A model generated the notes under the pieces. That model was not told where the DNA came from, ran no database searches, and saw only the letters and a program-made list of their open reading frames with translations. DNA of 63,506 nt, the filler included, from Phoronis australis (lineage: Eukaryota; Animalia; Phoronida): the NCBI GenBank assembly GCA_002633005.1. It is 8 parts of 8 records of this genome, joined end to end, with 100 filler letters (N's around TTAATTAATTAA, not from the genome) between each part and the next. Parts side by side here need not be neighbours in the genome. Positions count along the whole stretch, not along the records: positions 1 to 23,237 come from NMRA01000266.1; positions 23,338 to 25,877 come from NMRA01003624.1; positions 25,978 to 38,110 come from NMRA01000967.1; 5 more parts are not named here. One strand, written 5' to 3'. The translations under genes and the position numbers were made by a program. Every line of letters starts with the position of its first letter. Position 1 is the first letter of the stretch. Of the stretch, positions 14,576 through 27,674 are shown piece by piece.

Positions 14576-15246
14576 GCATCTTCAGTTCATGATTTCCAGT
14601 TTAATGTGAAATTGAAAAAGAGTGAGACGAGTTATAATACACATGCTATATTATGATTTTCTTAAAATGCATTCAAAATGTTGTCTTTGAGGTCACTTCA
14701 AGACACTGGAAAACAACTACAATATTAAATATCACACATACCTCAACATTGGTCATAAAAAAGATTTAAAACATTGCTTTAGAGAAATCAACATTACAAA
14801 CCTATTGAACATTTCCTAATAATTATTTTGGAATGTATTAGACTAAATCATCACTGAATAACAGACAATGTATTTCGGACTGGTTGACAGCATATTAAGT
14901 TTCTCACAAGAAATCAACAACTACAATATAAAAAATTCTACAATGATCATAGACATATATTTTCTTTTGAAATATTAATTGGTCAAAACAACTGTATGTA
15001 AGTATTGCCCAATGATACTTAGTATGGCCAATTAAATCTGACTCAACACTACAAAAATACTATGGTTTTGTTAAAGATCCTATTGAAACAACACAAATAT
15101 AGAAAGAAATTTGAGGATAAAAGTTTCAAAACAAAAAGTTAAGAAAACTTCAGACAACTACCAACCATAAACTCTGTAAATCTGAATAAACTATAGTGAC
15201 TTAACAACCTTCATCACTGGACTTGATGATTTAAACCATAGCATTT

Positions 15247-15656
15247 CTATTTCTTGTGCATGTAGGAGGCATACTGTTTGCATGACATACCACATTCACA
15301 AAATAGGAGTGTCCCTGTGCTCTGACGCATATATGGCGTCGGGCACACTCTTTCCGTGAAACATTGATCGCAGATAGGACACTGAATCGACTTGATTTCT
15401 GAGCACGATGCTTCATGTTGTGTTTTCTTATATCGACAAAAAATTCTTGCCCCATGCAACACGTCTATCACAGGGCTGGTAAATTTCTTGCTTGCCGTAG
15501 TGTCACTGTGTGCTATTGCCACGTGGTCATACAAAGTCTATTTCTTCGTGAACGAAGCTCCACAACATTCACACACTCCTTTGTGCAGTTGTGCTACTCT
15601 TTTTTGAAGGCGTGGACGTTAACACCCTGAAGGACTCGTCGTGTGTCTACTGTCAA
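15247..15656 (-). pseudogene. C2H2 zinc-finger pseudo-exon
   Basis: CECCGASFTKK*TLYDHVAIAH (in-frame TAG at 15538-15540), then CPICDQCFTERVCPTPYMRQSTG and CECGMSCKQYASYMHKK; splice acceptor TTTTTTCAG at ~15657. Confidence 0.6.
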
Positions 15657-18600
15657 CTGAAAAAATCAAACGCATTTTTATACATGTATTTGTTAAGCTA
15701 AATCTCACAAACAAAACATGAAAAAACGGTGAACTAATTCATGGCACGTATTATTCCAATATCATTAACATAACACAGTAACTTGAACGCCTATTCTGGC
15801 CAATGCAGAGAAAAAGGGTGCGTTCACGATAGCCTTAGAGAATTAACTACTTCGTTCCCGACCGCCGTCTCACACAAGGATATGCTTGTATTGGTTAATA
15901 TCTCGAATTGTTTCACAAATCATATCCAACAAAGGTGTCACCAGGGGCAATTAAACTATAACCGTCACACGCCTCTAATTGTTGATAACGAGATGAAATT
16001 GTCCACTTTACGAGGCGTAAGGCATTTTACTGAAAGCCGTTGCTTTCTGAGCTCATAATTTTAAGAAATAAGCAAAAGCCAAGTATTATTTCATATTCAC
16101 AACAAAAATTAAACCGTAACGCTTTTCCGTGAGTCGCATTCGTACCAAAGTAGCCTCTATTTAAGAAGAAAATGACAAACTCACCGGGTATGCCACCGGC
16201 ATCTACCGTTTAGGTGCAAGGTCTCGTTCGCGATCGCCTTCCGGGCGTTCTCGATCGCGAGTTGGCCAGAGTGCTCTGGCAGCTAGTTTCGTGATCGCAA
16301 GCTTAAATACGTGAGAGAGTTGACATTCTAAGTCTATACTTCTATGGCTACAACGAACGCTCGTTTACAAAATGTGCAATTTTTCGAGTCAGTCATATTC
16401 CTGTACTCCCATGTTTCGTCTCCATCACAATAGAGGGCGGCTTGACTTTATAAAGCCAGTACTAAGTCATTTCTGTAAATTTATGGCATTTACCGACGTC
16501 ACAGTGGAATTTATGTTTACGCTTTTACAAATAAACAAAAAGAATGATCATTTTCGAATAACTTTTAAGAACATTGGGTATTGACGTCCGATGTCCAGTT
16601 TTTCAATATTTTAACAAAAATCACGGAGATAATTAACTATCTTCTTAAAGGGAAAAATTAGCTAAAATCTCATTTGAGTCTATAGGAAGAGTGCCCTTCT
16701 TCAGAAAATCGATCACCAGAAACTTGAAACAGGTGTTCCCACTTTGAAATTGAACATTAAAAGTTTTGCTGAGTGAAAACCAAAAACATCGCGCCAAGTT
16801 TCCTCAATCACCAGCGCCCGACATGTTTGACCCAACTTTAATTTTTTAAGATCAATTATTCAAAAGTAGTTGTAATCTGACAGGGAAAACAGCGTATTTA
16901 GCTCATGTCGTTCTTTGGTTAATGAGAAAACACTTCTAATGGTTTTTTAAACAATTTTTAAAATCAATGTATTTTAATGACAATTAACAGTTTTATATTC
17001 GAAATTTGTTTTGATCTATTAGTTTGGAAAAGAACTCCATTTTACTTGCTTGCGATGTTGGCTCCCCCTCTCCGTGACATCGGAAATTAAAACATTAAAA
17101 CACCTGGTTGTCCGACGTACAGCAGTAGACAGAAGACCATGACTGACAAATTTCATTTCTAACACCATTTTATTATTTTCGGTGTGATCGATGTTTACCA
17201 AATCCAGCAGTATGAGGGGTTACACGATTTCATTGCATTCAAAATGGTGGGACAGGCACCTGTCTCAGATTTTGGAAAGTAACCGTGTCTTGCCACACAC
17301 ACAAAGGGTCAGTGCGTGTGAATAAGACACGTGTATGCTCGTGTCCATGGAGATAATATTTGATTCATAAAACTCCTCATTAAAAGTGCCGTAGAAGGGT
17401 ATTCTACACATAAATAGCACGGATATCTACTAATCTTACTGTTGGATAAAACGGGAATTTTGTGATAACAATTTTATCAGATAAATTTATGTTTTTGAAT
17501 TCCCCTCATTTATTTCAAATATCAAATGTCAATACAACATGTCCACAGACGAGACCCAGAAAACAACATAATTCAATTCGGTGTTGTGCTTTTATTACAA
17601 ATCCCCAATTCTCACTACTTTCCGTAAGTCATTCGATGGAATCAAGGCTGTCTTCTTCACCATTTTAAATGATTGAAAATTCTAAGCTTACTAAAATACG
17701 CTTCTGAAAATGTACAACGCCTCGGATTTGGCTGAGCGTTAGACACGGGTTCGGCTACGTTTGCGGAGGTAGCGTGTTTGATTCCGCGCAATTGTTAGGT
17801 AATTTGTACAAAACTACTTTTCTCGCCGAGAATGCTACTACCTGTTACTGCAAACGCAGTTATTCGTTGGCCATTAAAAGTATTGTTGGGTAGTTGTGTG
17901 CATTTGTAATTAACCTGTACGTCGTACCCTTATTCCTTCGTTGGTCACGTGACATTAGCCTTGTAACTGCGTTTTCCCGCTTTAGTCTTGGTTTTGTTAT
18001 CGATGATCTACGCACAGTGCAGGTGTGTTGGTCGTTCTCTGATTTTGTGATTTTTTGTGCAGTTATTACTCAGCTTTGGAATTTTCGCGAGACAGAAAAA
18101 CAGAAATTTTTGTAAATTCACTTGTTGTCATTTATGCGCCCGCAAAGTGCTAGAACACTAGCAACGACTGTGAGACAATGATGTGAACTGGAGTAGGCTG
18201 CGTTGCTTGTATTATCTTTACAAAGGCAGATTTCTGGCCCATGGGTCTAATGTCCTTCGAGTATAAATGTGTAGGTTTTACTTTATGCATGTCAAGCAAA
18301 TGGACAGTTTTCGAGTCTCTCCTGGGTATGAATATTATACTCGAGACCAGAAGGCATTGAACATTTTTCCTCGAGTTACATATTTTTTACTTCAAATGTT
18401 TTAATGTTTGCGGGTAAAACAACGTCTTCAAAACATAGATAATTCTGTACTTGTACCAAATGCCCTGTTGAAGTTTTTAAAAGGCCTTTAGTCAAATCTT
18501 ATTACTTGTGTAGAAGTTCGCTATAGTTCATTTTGTCAGCAAAGTCTGCCCGAGTAGTTAAGGTTGATAACTTCATATTCATATTCACATGACCTGTTTT

Positions 18601-20399
18601 GAATAAAAATAAGAGTTCACGAGTTTTTCATCTTTGATTTTTCAAATAAATGGTTCATTTTTATTGACAAAAAGTAAGTCTTTTTTCTGTTAAGACTCTT
18701 TCCATGTTCCGCAATTTTACTTAAAAAATGGAAGGCTCCGCTGGCTTGAAATATTTTGTAACCGGAGAAAAGATCATGACATGATTCGTTTAGACGCGTC
18801 ATGCCCAAAAACCTTATTTAATTTGAATTTAAACCGTTTCACTCGTGCCTGGCAAATTTAAATCTAAACTGGCCTCAAACATATTTCAATTTACGTTATA
18901 AGTAAGGAGTCCAGGAATTTATGTCCTCTTTATGTTGCTTTGTGAAAGATTTTGTTCATGTCCACGCGCATGAATATCACATCAAAAATATGATTGAATG
19001 TCAAAGACTTTCATTAGTTAAGTTGCTCCGGCTTGCAACGTGTCATGTTTGGACAATCCTGTTTCAAGTGCAGTAAGTACGTAACTGCTAAAACACGATT
19101 AATCGAGTCAATGTAATCGAAGTTCAAAAGACTTTCATTAGTGGAGTTGCTCCACGTACTGTATGGACATTGTAACACAGGTTTATTCAACATCTGAGAT
19201 GAAATTACTAGTGGAGCTCGCCCAAAATAAATTGCAATACTACTACACATCGATATCAAGCAAACTGATTGATTTTTAAATAAAATAGTTTCGCGACAAT
19301 CCTGTTTCGTGTGCAACAAGTACGTAACTGCTAAAACACGTTTAATCGAGTCAAATTAGTTAGATAAATGTAGGTCAGTGACCAATACTCCGTTCTAAAA
19401 CTGGATAAAATCCTAGCGACTTCGCTAGCACCTATTCACCAATAGCAAAATGGTCAGTGATGTGAAAAGATTAAGTGTCAATTACAACTGCGGTTAGAGT
19501 TATATCAAAGCTGCTAGTGTTTTCGCTGGCAGTTTGTAGACAGATCACTTACTTCAAGAGACACACCTGAGCGGGGGTAAAAAGTTTTGTTCTTTCCTTG
19601 TCCATTTTTACTCTTTTGCACAACACTCCCAACCCCCNTCGCCATCAAAGAGTCGGCAGTAAGAAACGGCCGCAGATCAACTTTGTACAAAGTTTGTGCA
19701 ATACAACGCAACGCACCACAACATAATACACTGTGATACATCACGGCACGAAACGTAACGATAATTTATGCTTATGCAGAACCTATAAAAATGGCTAAAT
19801 TTGGCTAACATCAGAACATTAAACTTTCAGATTTGGCTACTAGTATTCATAAGAAACGTTCAGACACTATGCTTTATGGACAGGTCTAAAATACGATGTT
19901 ACTAACTGTTTTAAAATATTTCACTTTTCCATGAGAGGCTATCAAGTATAGGACTTTAATGATTCTCATGAAAAATCTATAAAATTGCATAAAACGGAAA
20001 CGAAATGATATTTTAGAAACCTCTGGCAGAGTTTTTGATACCTTATCTTGAACATTCAAACAAAATTTGATGGTGCTAGTGAGAACGTAGTTTTACAATC
20101 AATGCAACTTTCCGTTTTGCTCAATTCTGTTAAAAGACATGGTCACGTGACCAAGCAATAACACAATGGCAATAAGTCAAATATCAAATTCTTTTCTTTT
20201 TTTCAGGAAATATTCTTACACCTTTATTTAATTTTAACTATTTTAAAAAAAAAAACATCCAAGATATTTGCTAACTACGTAGACTTGTTGATAAAGTCTT
20301 ACATAACCTAAACGAATACATTTATTTCACAGCAGTAAAGCGGGAAACCGGAGTGTTGGAACCGCGATCTGAAATGGACGGGTCACTCGGAACTGACAT

Positions 20400-21815
20400 C
20401 AGATCGAATTCAAAGGGAGGGGGGCGGAATCCCCATGCTGTTTGACTGTCACTGTTGAAATCGTAACTGATACAATTTGGGGTTTTAAACATTGACACAT
20501 TTTCCGAACTTGCCGGCGATGTTGTCAGAGGTTGATTGATGACTTCGCGTTTTTAGCTCTGAATTTAAAGCGCTCTCTTGAATCGCTAGTTGATGCAGTC
20601 ATCTTGCTGCATTGGAAAAGGAACTCAAGTCTTATCACATCAACGAATAACTTGCGTTCAATTTTATGGGCGTTTAAAAGTGTCAATTTTCGTTTTGGGG
20701 AGCTAATGAAATGTAGTTTTGAAAAAAGTCCTATCACCTCTGTCGATTTTGTTAGTCACATTCTTGAAATCGTAGATTTGATAATTTACAAAAGTGATTT
20801 AAACATGAGAAATTTTGTAAATGGATTCTTGGAGTGTTCCTTGAATTAATATCCTATGAAAATCTCTTCGAAATTGGTGGGATTGAAAAAGGTTGACGTA
20901 AAACAAAGGTGTGACTTGAAATATTGTGAGATTTTACGCTTGCTTGGTTGAAAGACAAATAATGATAAAAGTTTAGTTTCATATCGGATTGCTTCAGTCC
21001 GAGCAATAATTCATGCCGTGTTAACATTCATGATTAGTACTAAGTAGTCCACGATAAATTTTTAAACGGGACTACTTGTGTCGTATCAAGATGGAAGTTT
21101 AATGAAACAATTTTTTGACGACCACTCCGACACTTTTACTAAAATGCAACAACTTTGAAGATTTCTGAAGAGTGGTCGTATGACGGAAACATGGGAAATT
21201 ATTACTATGATTCTCTTTGATGATCGCACTATTTCATAGGCGGATTTAGGGGGAGCAGGGGTCCCGCCCCCACCGCCAACAAATAAAAGAGCATGATCGT
21301 GGGGAAATATTGAGTTAAGCAATTAATCTGGGGGCTCAGACCCCGTTGCAATTGCAAGGGTGACCTACGATGCAACTGTTTTCCGTCTTTTTTTAGTCCG
21401 CCAAGTAATTCGGGCACACCTAGAATTTCAGCTGGTTGCTCCCATGCGACGGTCTTTTGAGATTGCCCGAGACAAAATGCTGGGCCCCCGTTATATTATC
21501 CTAGATCCGCCACTGCATTTTTATGTGTACGCGTGCCTGAACATTTGTCCTTTTTGTTTTGCTGAAGTGAATACAGTACTTTGATTTTTTTTAATAAAAA
21601 AGTACTTTGAAACGAGTAAATTTTAACTAGGGTCACCGTGCACTCCGCAGTACAATCGCCGCCATCACCAGATAGGCCCACATGCTCAGTGAAATGCTGG
21701 GATCAGGTGATTATTAATCGACATAAATATCATTTCAAACACGATTTTGATCCCAACCGGGAAACAGTCAAACGAGAATATTACATGTACCTACGCAAAC
21801 GATGGCTACTGCCAC
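20400..21815 (+). pseudogene. Degenerate coding-like repeat, copy 3, interrupted by a MITE
   Basis: Includes ORF 20532..20849; homologous to 4250-4900 and 9100-9990. Confidence 0.5.
21235..21515. mobile_element. Small MITE with GGCGGAT-type ends, related to the 11455 element
   Basis: CATAGGCGGATTTAG...CTAGATCCGCCACTG; flanks TATTT/CATTT; absent from the homologous copy at ~9740. Confidence 0.55.
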
Positions 21816-22203
21816 CATAAAATAAGTATGTTTTTACAAATATAACTTTTACTACTGCATTAGGTAGTGCTTTTGTTAGACGAATTTTAAAAGTCCCCGA
21901 GCAATCTTCTACAAAAAAAAAATATTTTTCAGAATAATTTCCAAATAATGTACCAGTCAAACTGAGCCATACATCAAAATTCAAAAGAATGACAGTGTTA
22001 ATTACAAATTTATTAAAATAAACAACTTAAACACTTGTCACCAGTCGGAACTAACTACCACCAAACATCTAACTAATAGTTCATGCTTCACACCAAACTG
22101 AGCAGACGAACGATATTCTAGTTATTAAAATATCACTGTGCTAATGATACATATTATATCTACACATGGCGCAGAAACACGCGTTGTTCAGTACTACATA
22201 ACG

Positions 22204-23237
22204 TTATTCCTCCAAGTACTGAAATGTCTTCACCACACCTGTACCACGCTCCACTACAGACACCTGACCCGGGGCCGGGAGACATAAACCAGTTGGACGG
22301 TGGACACCACCAGGGGGCACGATCACGTGTGCACGTGCGTTGTTGTATAAAATCACCTGATCATTGGGACAGTCTGCCACCAGAATGTGACCGTGTGGGT
22401 CTACACACACACCTTGCGGCCTGTTACTCAGTTGATGGGTCAGTGTGGATACAACGGCCGGCCGTGTCGGGTCTATTATGTGGACACGACCGGGGTTTAA
22501 CTCACTGACCACCAACTGACCACAGTTGTCCATACACACATATCGTGGTGTGAACTCACTCAGCCCCAGGGTGGGGCCGTCCAACTGTTGGTGAATATCA
22601 CAGTTAAGATCCGTTATAAGTACCCGTCCCCCGTCTCTATCACACACAACCAGTCTGTCACCGTGACATGTCACATAGCCCTCACCTTTATACACATCAC
22701 GACACACCTTCACCACCTCACCACGGCCATCATACCTGACAACACCCTTAATGCCGAGGTCGGTGATGAAGATGTGACCATCTTTGTGACATGTCACGTC
22801 CCACGGCCTCTGCAGTTTGTGATGAGTTTGTTGTAACTTCAACTTTAGTTTAAAGTCGTGTTTGTCAAACACTTTCACAGTTTGGTTGAGTGCGTCTGTT
22901 ACAACAAACCCCTCATCACAAACTGCCAGTCCACAACACCCAGACTTCCTCTCCCCCTCACCCCGGCTGGTAAAACTACCAACACTACCCGCAGGTTCTT
23001 TAACAGTCAGTGGTGGAGTGACAGGCTGAACGGGTGATTTGGATGAAAGATGAACTTGTGACACTTTTGTGTCCATTAGTTGTGATTCTACAGTAGATTC
23101 ACTATCAACAGACACGTTAGGTACTGACAGTTCAGGTGGTACAAAGTTAAACACATGTCTGTCTGCATTAAGTTCAAACTGACTGATATCTAACGATGTC
23201 AGAGTGGCGGCCATGTCATGGTACTGTAGAGTTGTTT
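22204..23237 (-). CDS. C-terminal NHL-repeat beta-propeller of a TRIM2/3-like (TRIM-NHL) protein; 5' part lost in the gap
   Basis: 336-aa ORF with NHL repeats (GLAVCDEGFVVTD, RPWDVTCHKDGHIFITD, RPQGVCVDPHGHILVAD, RPTGLCL); the frame stays open upstream of the Met to the gap; AATAAA on the minus strand at 22009-22014. Confidence 0.85.
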
Positions 23238-23340
23238 NNNNNNNNNNNNNNNNNNNNNNNNNNNNNNNNNNNNNNNNNNNNTTAATTAATTAANNNNNNN
23301 NNNNNNNNNNNNNNNNNNNNNNNNNNNNNNNNNNNNNAAG

Positions 23341-23950
23341 ATGAAGTCATATATACATATCATAGATTATTCTTTCCAGGTTTTACTGATTAATGTGGTA
23401 TTTTCTCACCGGCGTATTCCAAAGTCGAGAGTAGTTTTGAAAACAGAATTACACGAGATGGAGCAGTGTAATGAATGCGTAGATAGTGGGGAGGTGAGGT
23501 TAAAATACTTGATTATTTATACTCAGCCAAATCTTCCAGTTTCCGCTGAGAATGGGTGGAGTGATGAGGCTAAGTGTGTCGGCGAAGCGCACGTGTTTGG
23601 GTACATTGTACCCATATTGTATCAGGATCTCCTTCGAGATATTATTTGCTCAAGAGTTATGTAACGTTGTGCTTTAATCTAGATCGCGGCTTTTTAGTAA
23701 GCAAATTGTCAACATATGCGAAAGTGTTTTAATGAATAAGCACGCAGCTCATTGGATCAACGTTTTTTAATAATAATATAAATGCAATGTTATTTTGTAT
23801 TTTGAATTGTGTATGTTTTTCGTGAGTTGCTCATTTTTTTATTCTAGATGTCTCAGCCATTGTCACCCGTACTATTGTACAGTGGTGGTTTTTATTTCAT
23901 CTTTGTAATGAGATGATCTCTGTGATGTATTTGTCCAAGACAATAAATTG
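23341..23950 (+). mobile_element. Possible degenerate LINE 3' end
   Basis: CVGEAHVFGYIVPILYQDLLR resembles the C-terminal C..E.H....CP.Y.DLR motif of CR1/L2-group LINEs; AT-rich tail with AATAAA at ~23942. Confidence 0.3.
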
Positions 23951-26371
23951 ATTGCTATTATAAAATATTTTTATTTGAATGAAATCTAGTGCTGCATTTT
24001 GAATAAATGAAAATGAGCTGAAAGTTCATCAGTCAATCAGCTTATTTACAAAAACATTAAAGGTCTTGGCCCACATATAACACTACATAGTAGATACAAA
24101 AGAGCTGACAGTTTAAAAGTCTGGAGATTTTTCTAAAAAGACGATGATATATAGAAGTCAAAACAATGACATTTGTGAAATGCTACGATCATATTCGTTG
24201 GGCAGTAGTGCAATGAAATTTAACTTTAAACGCAAGCAACGTAATGCACTCAATTTCGTAAAAAAGCCTGCGCTTCAAGTCAGCCCGATGGCATGAAGTG
24301 TCCATGTCGTCACTATTTGAATTCAAGGAAACCAAACCCGGTTTTTGCCTATCACTAGACACTAAAAAACGACTTTTCCATCCGTAACCCTCGACAATCC
24401 TCAAAAGTTTGGAGGAAATATGAAAATTCCTTTCTAAGTCTGGTAAATGGCAAAGCGTGACTTAGCGCATTACAAAACAACTGCGGGGAAAAGACCACCC
24501 ACCAAGGACCATAACATCCAATCTGTGACATAGGGAGCATGAGTTTTTAGTTGATTCCTACCTTTTACTTGGAAGATTGACGCCAATGATGTATTAGTAG
24601 GTGTCACAACGACGCCTTTTGGTGGAAATCGTCAAAACAGGGTTTAGAATGCTTTTAAGCAAAAATCTGCGTTTACGTTAATTCCAATTTCCAGCCGTGT
24701 ATATCCCCGTATGAAGGTAAGCATTATTGAATAAGGGGTCCAAACTAATTTCACTTAACGAAAANAACGAACATTTTTCTACCTCCGTGGACCCAACTTT
24801 CAGACCCCTCTCATTGTCACCATTCCCCTACCCCCCCACCCCTCCCCCACTGAATTCCGCGCCCTCTCTTCGGCCCTCTATAGGTGTATGACTTCGTTGT
24901 TCCATGCGAGGGGGGGGGCAAATCACAGGCGGCAACAATTAGAAACTTGAGTACCCGTGTTTCAGAAAGACTCAATTCATACTTGATTGAACACGTTACA
25001 CGCATTACTTGTTTAAGGTATAATTTGATCTTCACTAGTGAAGCTATGCAATTCACTTTAGTATTAGAGTGTCAAAAAGATGTATAGTAAAAATCATTCT
25101 TTACTGAGTGCTATATAACTAACTTAAAAAAACAGCATGCTATGAAATTCGGAGACTGAATACCGAATAGCATCCCTCAGAATTGAGGTGACAAAAAATT
25201 GTCTCGTGGAAACTCAAATTCCGTCCGTTTCGGAGAGAGAACATGTGGCGTGAAGTCAGGATCTAGTAGTGAGCATATAGATCAGTGAGGTCAGGTAATG
25301 CTTTGAAGGTACACTTTGAAGGGGTGCAGCCAGTTCGGGTCCCTAGCCCAATGCCAATGATAAAGAACTTACCGAACATCACCAACCTACTATACTTGTA
25401 AGTCAATGATTCACCCGAAAGCGTAAATTTGTTCGAGGGTTATTTCACTTTGCTGTTTGAGGGGTCGAATGATAGAAATTTTTCCAAATTTCAGCCCGCA
25501 TCTAAGTTTACTGAAACATCATCAATTTGTTTACAGAAATGTCTTTTATATATCAAAAATTGTTAGACTCAGTGAAACATAGGAGCATATACTAAACAGC
25601 CGCTGTCTATAAAGTTACTTAGAGGTTGTTCAATTGCAAAACTTTTTTAAATCCTTAATTTACTGCACGGACTTTTTAACAGATTCCCGAAGGCATCCGC
25701 TGAGATTCTTGATGGGCAACCGTGAGAACAAGGGCGATTGGGCAGGCTGGCCCAAGGCATCCACGGGTGTAGTGGGGCTCTTCCCGCCACCCAACAGAAT
25801 TTTCAGATTTTATTCGTGTTAGCGCGAATTTTGGCGATTTCAGTGACTGCCTTACCTAATGCTGGGCCATCTTATTANNNNNNNNNNNNNNNNNNNNNNN
25901 NNNNNNNNNNNNNNNNNNNNNTTAATTAATTAANNNNNNNNNNNNNNNNNNNNNNNNNNNNNNNNNNNNNNNNNNNNTATAGATTATTACATGGCGAAGT
26001 TATCCCCCGTTATCAAGAGCCTGAGTGGATTTTGGAGAATTATCGCCCGAGGGGCGTTAGCCATGTTGTTCTTTTAACAAGGTCACGACTTATTTTGGTC
26101 AGCTGACCTGCTTAATTTGCATATTTATTACGATACACTGAAAAGCAAGTAATTGTAGTTTTCTATTGGCCTCATTCAGCAGTGGACTTTAAAAGTGCTG
26201 CAAGAGGGAGTAAGCGGCTGGACAGGAGATTACAAAATTCTTTCTCGCTGGTATCAGTGATTTGTTTGTCCTATCCAGATTGTAACTGGTTGACTCAGTG
26301 AGTTATACCATAGCTCATTGATTGACTTAAAATACCAGCCAGGTTTCACTTTATTAGCAGTTTGTATTTAA

Positions 26372-27674
26372 AGGCGAAGGCAACCTTTTGTCATGTCATT
26401 TTTAGCAAAAATAGGGTTCGTTGATTATCCCAGAAATATTTTTCACTTCTTTACAGCTTTTCGTATTTTGATTAATTACTTGTCATCTTCTCCGGAAGTG
26501 ATGTTTTGGGAGGCAAGAATTTCGCGCCAATTTCTTTTCATACAGTCTGACTGTGAGAGCAGTCAAGTCGGTCATTGTTCTACCTCGGTTGTGATAAGTT
26601 CGGTCGTCGTTTGCTTTTGCTTACGAGTCAGTCAACATGCCACGCTGTTGCTGCCTAACGAGATGTACTCATTATCGTCTCGCGTACAGAGGAAGAACTG
26701 TCCCACTTGCCCGAGTGTCCCGCGACACACTCCCACTGGATGGTGACTTGAGCACCCAAACTGCTTACATCCCGCCGTGCGACTCCCTCGTCACACATAA
26801 ATAGCTCCAATACAAGTCCACAATAAACTTATCAAACTGAGGCTCACCTATCTGTTCATTGGATGACGAACTCTCCTTTTCACTGGGTGTCAAACTGGGC
26901 CTGTATTCACTCCCACTACTCAACATCGCGCAGGGCTGCTTACAGGCTGTGGGCTAGAGACAACAGCACACGGGGAATCGCTGCTAGTTCCTGGAATTGC
27001 ACGCTATGGGGTACGTTCGGAGGCATGGGTGACAGTAGATGCTCCAGTCACTGTTAATAGTGGCCACAGCTCGCGAGGCTTCTCGCTTCAAAAACGCACT
27101 TCTCGGGGGTCGCGACGGGGCACTGCCGGGAATCAACAGCGTCGGTATGGAACCCTTCTTCAGGCGTTGTTTCGCAGGGACCTTCATCAATTCAGCGTAC
27201 ATATCTCTGTTGTAATCTGACGGCTGAAAATGCTTGGCACTGCTTTGTACGTTTCGTGAACGGGTAGCGCTGCGTTCTTCACACGAACGAGCTAGCCAAG
27301 TACTGCGAAGTGCGTCATCCTTCGTAAAGTGATGCAAGGTACACAAAGCGCGTGTGAGACGATAATGAGTACATCCTGGTAGGCAGCAACAGCGTGGCGT
27401 GTTGACTGACTTGCAAACAAAAGCAAACGACGACCGAACGTATCACATCCGAGGTAGAACAATGACTGACTTGACACTTGACAGCTCTCACAGTCTGACT
27501 GTATGAAAAGAAATTGGCGCGAAATTCTTGCCTCCCAAAACGTCACTTCCGGAGTAGAGGACGAGAAATTAATTAAATTACGAAAAGCTGTAATTAAGTG
27601 AAAAATATGTCTGGGATAATCAACAGACCTTATTTTCGCTAAAAGTGACATGAATAAAAGGTTCGCCTTCTCCT
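26372..27674 (-). mobile_element. Non-autonomous Kolobok DNA transposon with a THAP/transposase N-terminal remnant and ~310-bp inverted arms
   Basis: TTAA at 26368-26371 and 27675-27678; AGG...CCT termini; arms 26372-26681 and 27356-27674 are inverted copies; the minus strand encodes a THAP domain and LELFMC...GAQVTIQWECVAGHSGKWDS, like Kolobok transposases. Confidence 0.85.
26984..27400 (-). pseudogene. THAP-domain fragment of a Kolobok transposase
   Basis: (ACG)PRCCCLPGC...LHHFTKDDALRSTW...KHFQPSDY...RLKKGSIPTL matches THAP consensus positions; start codon is ACG and the third Cys is lost. Confidence 0.8.
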
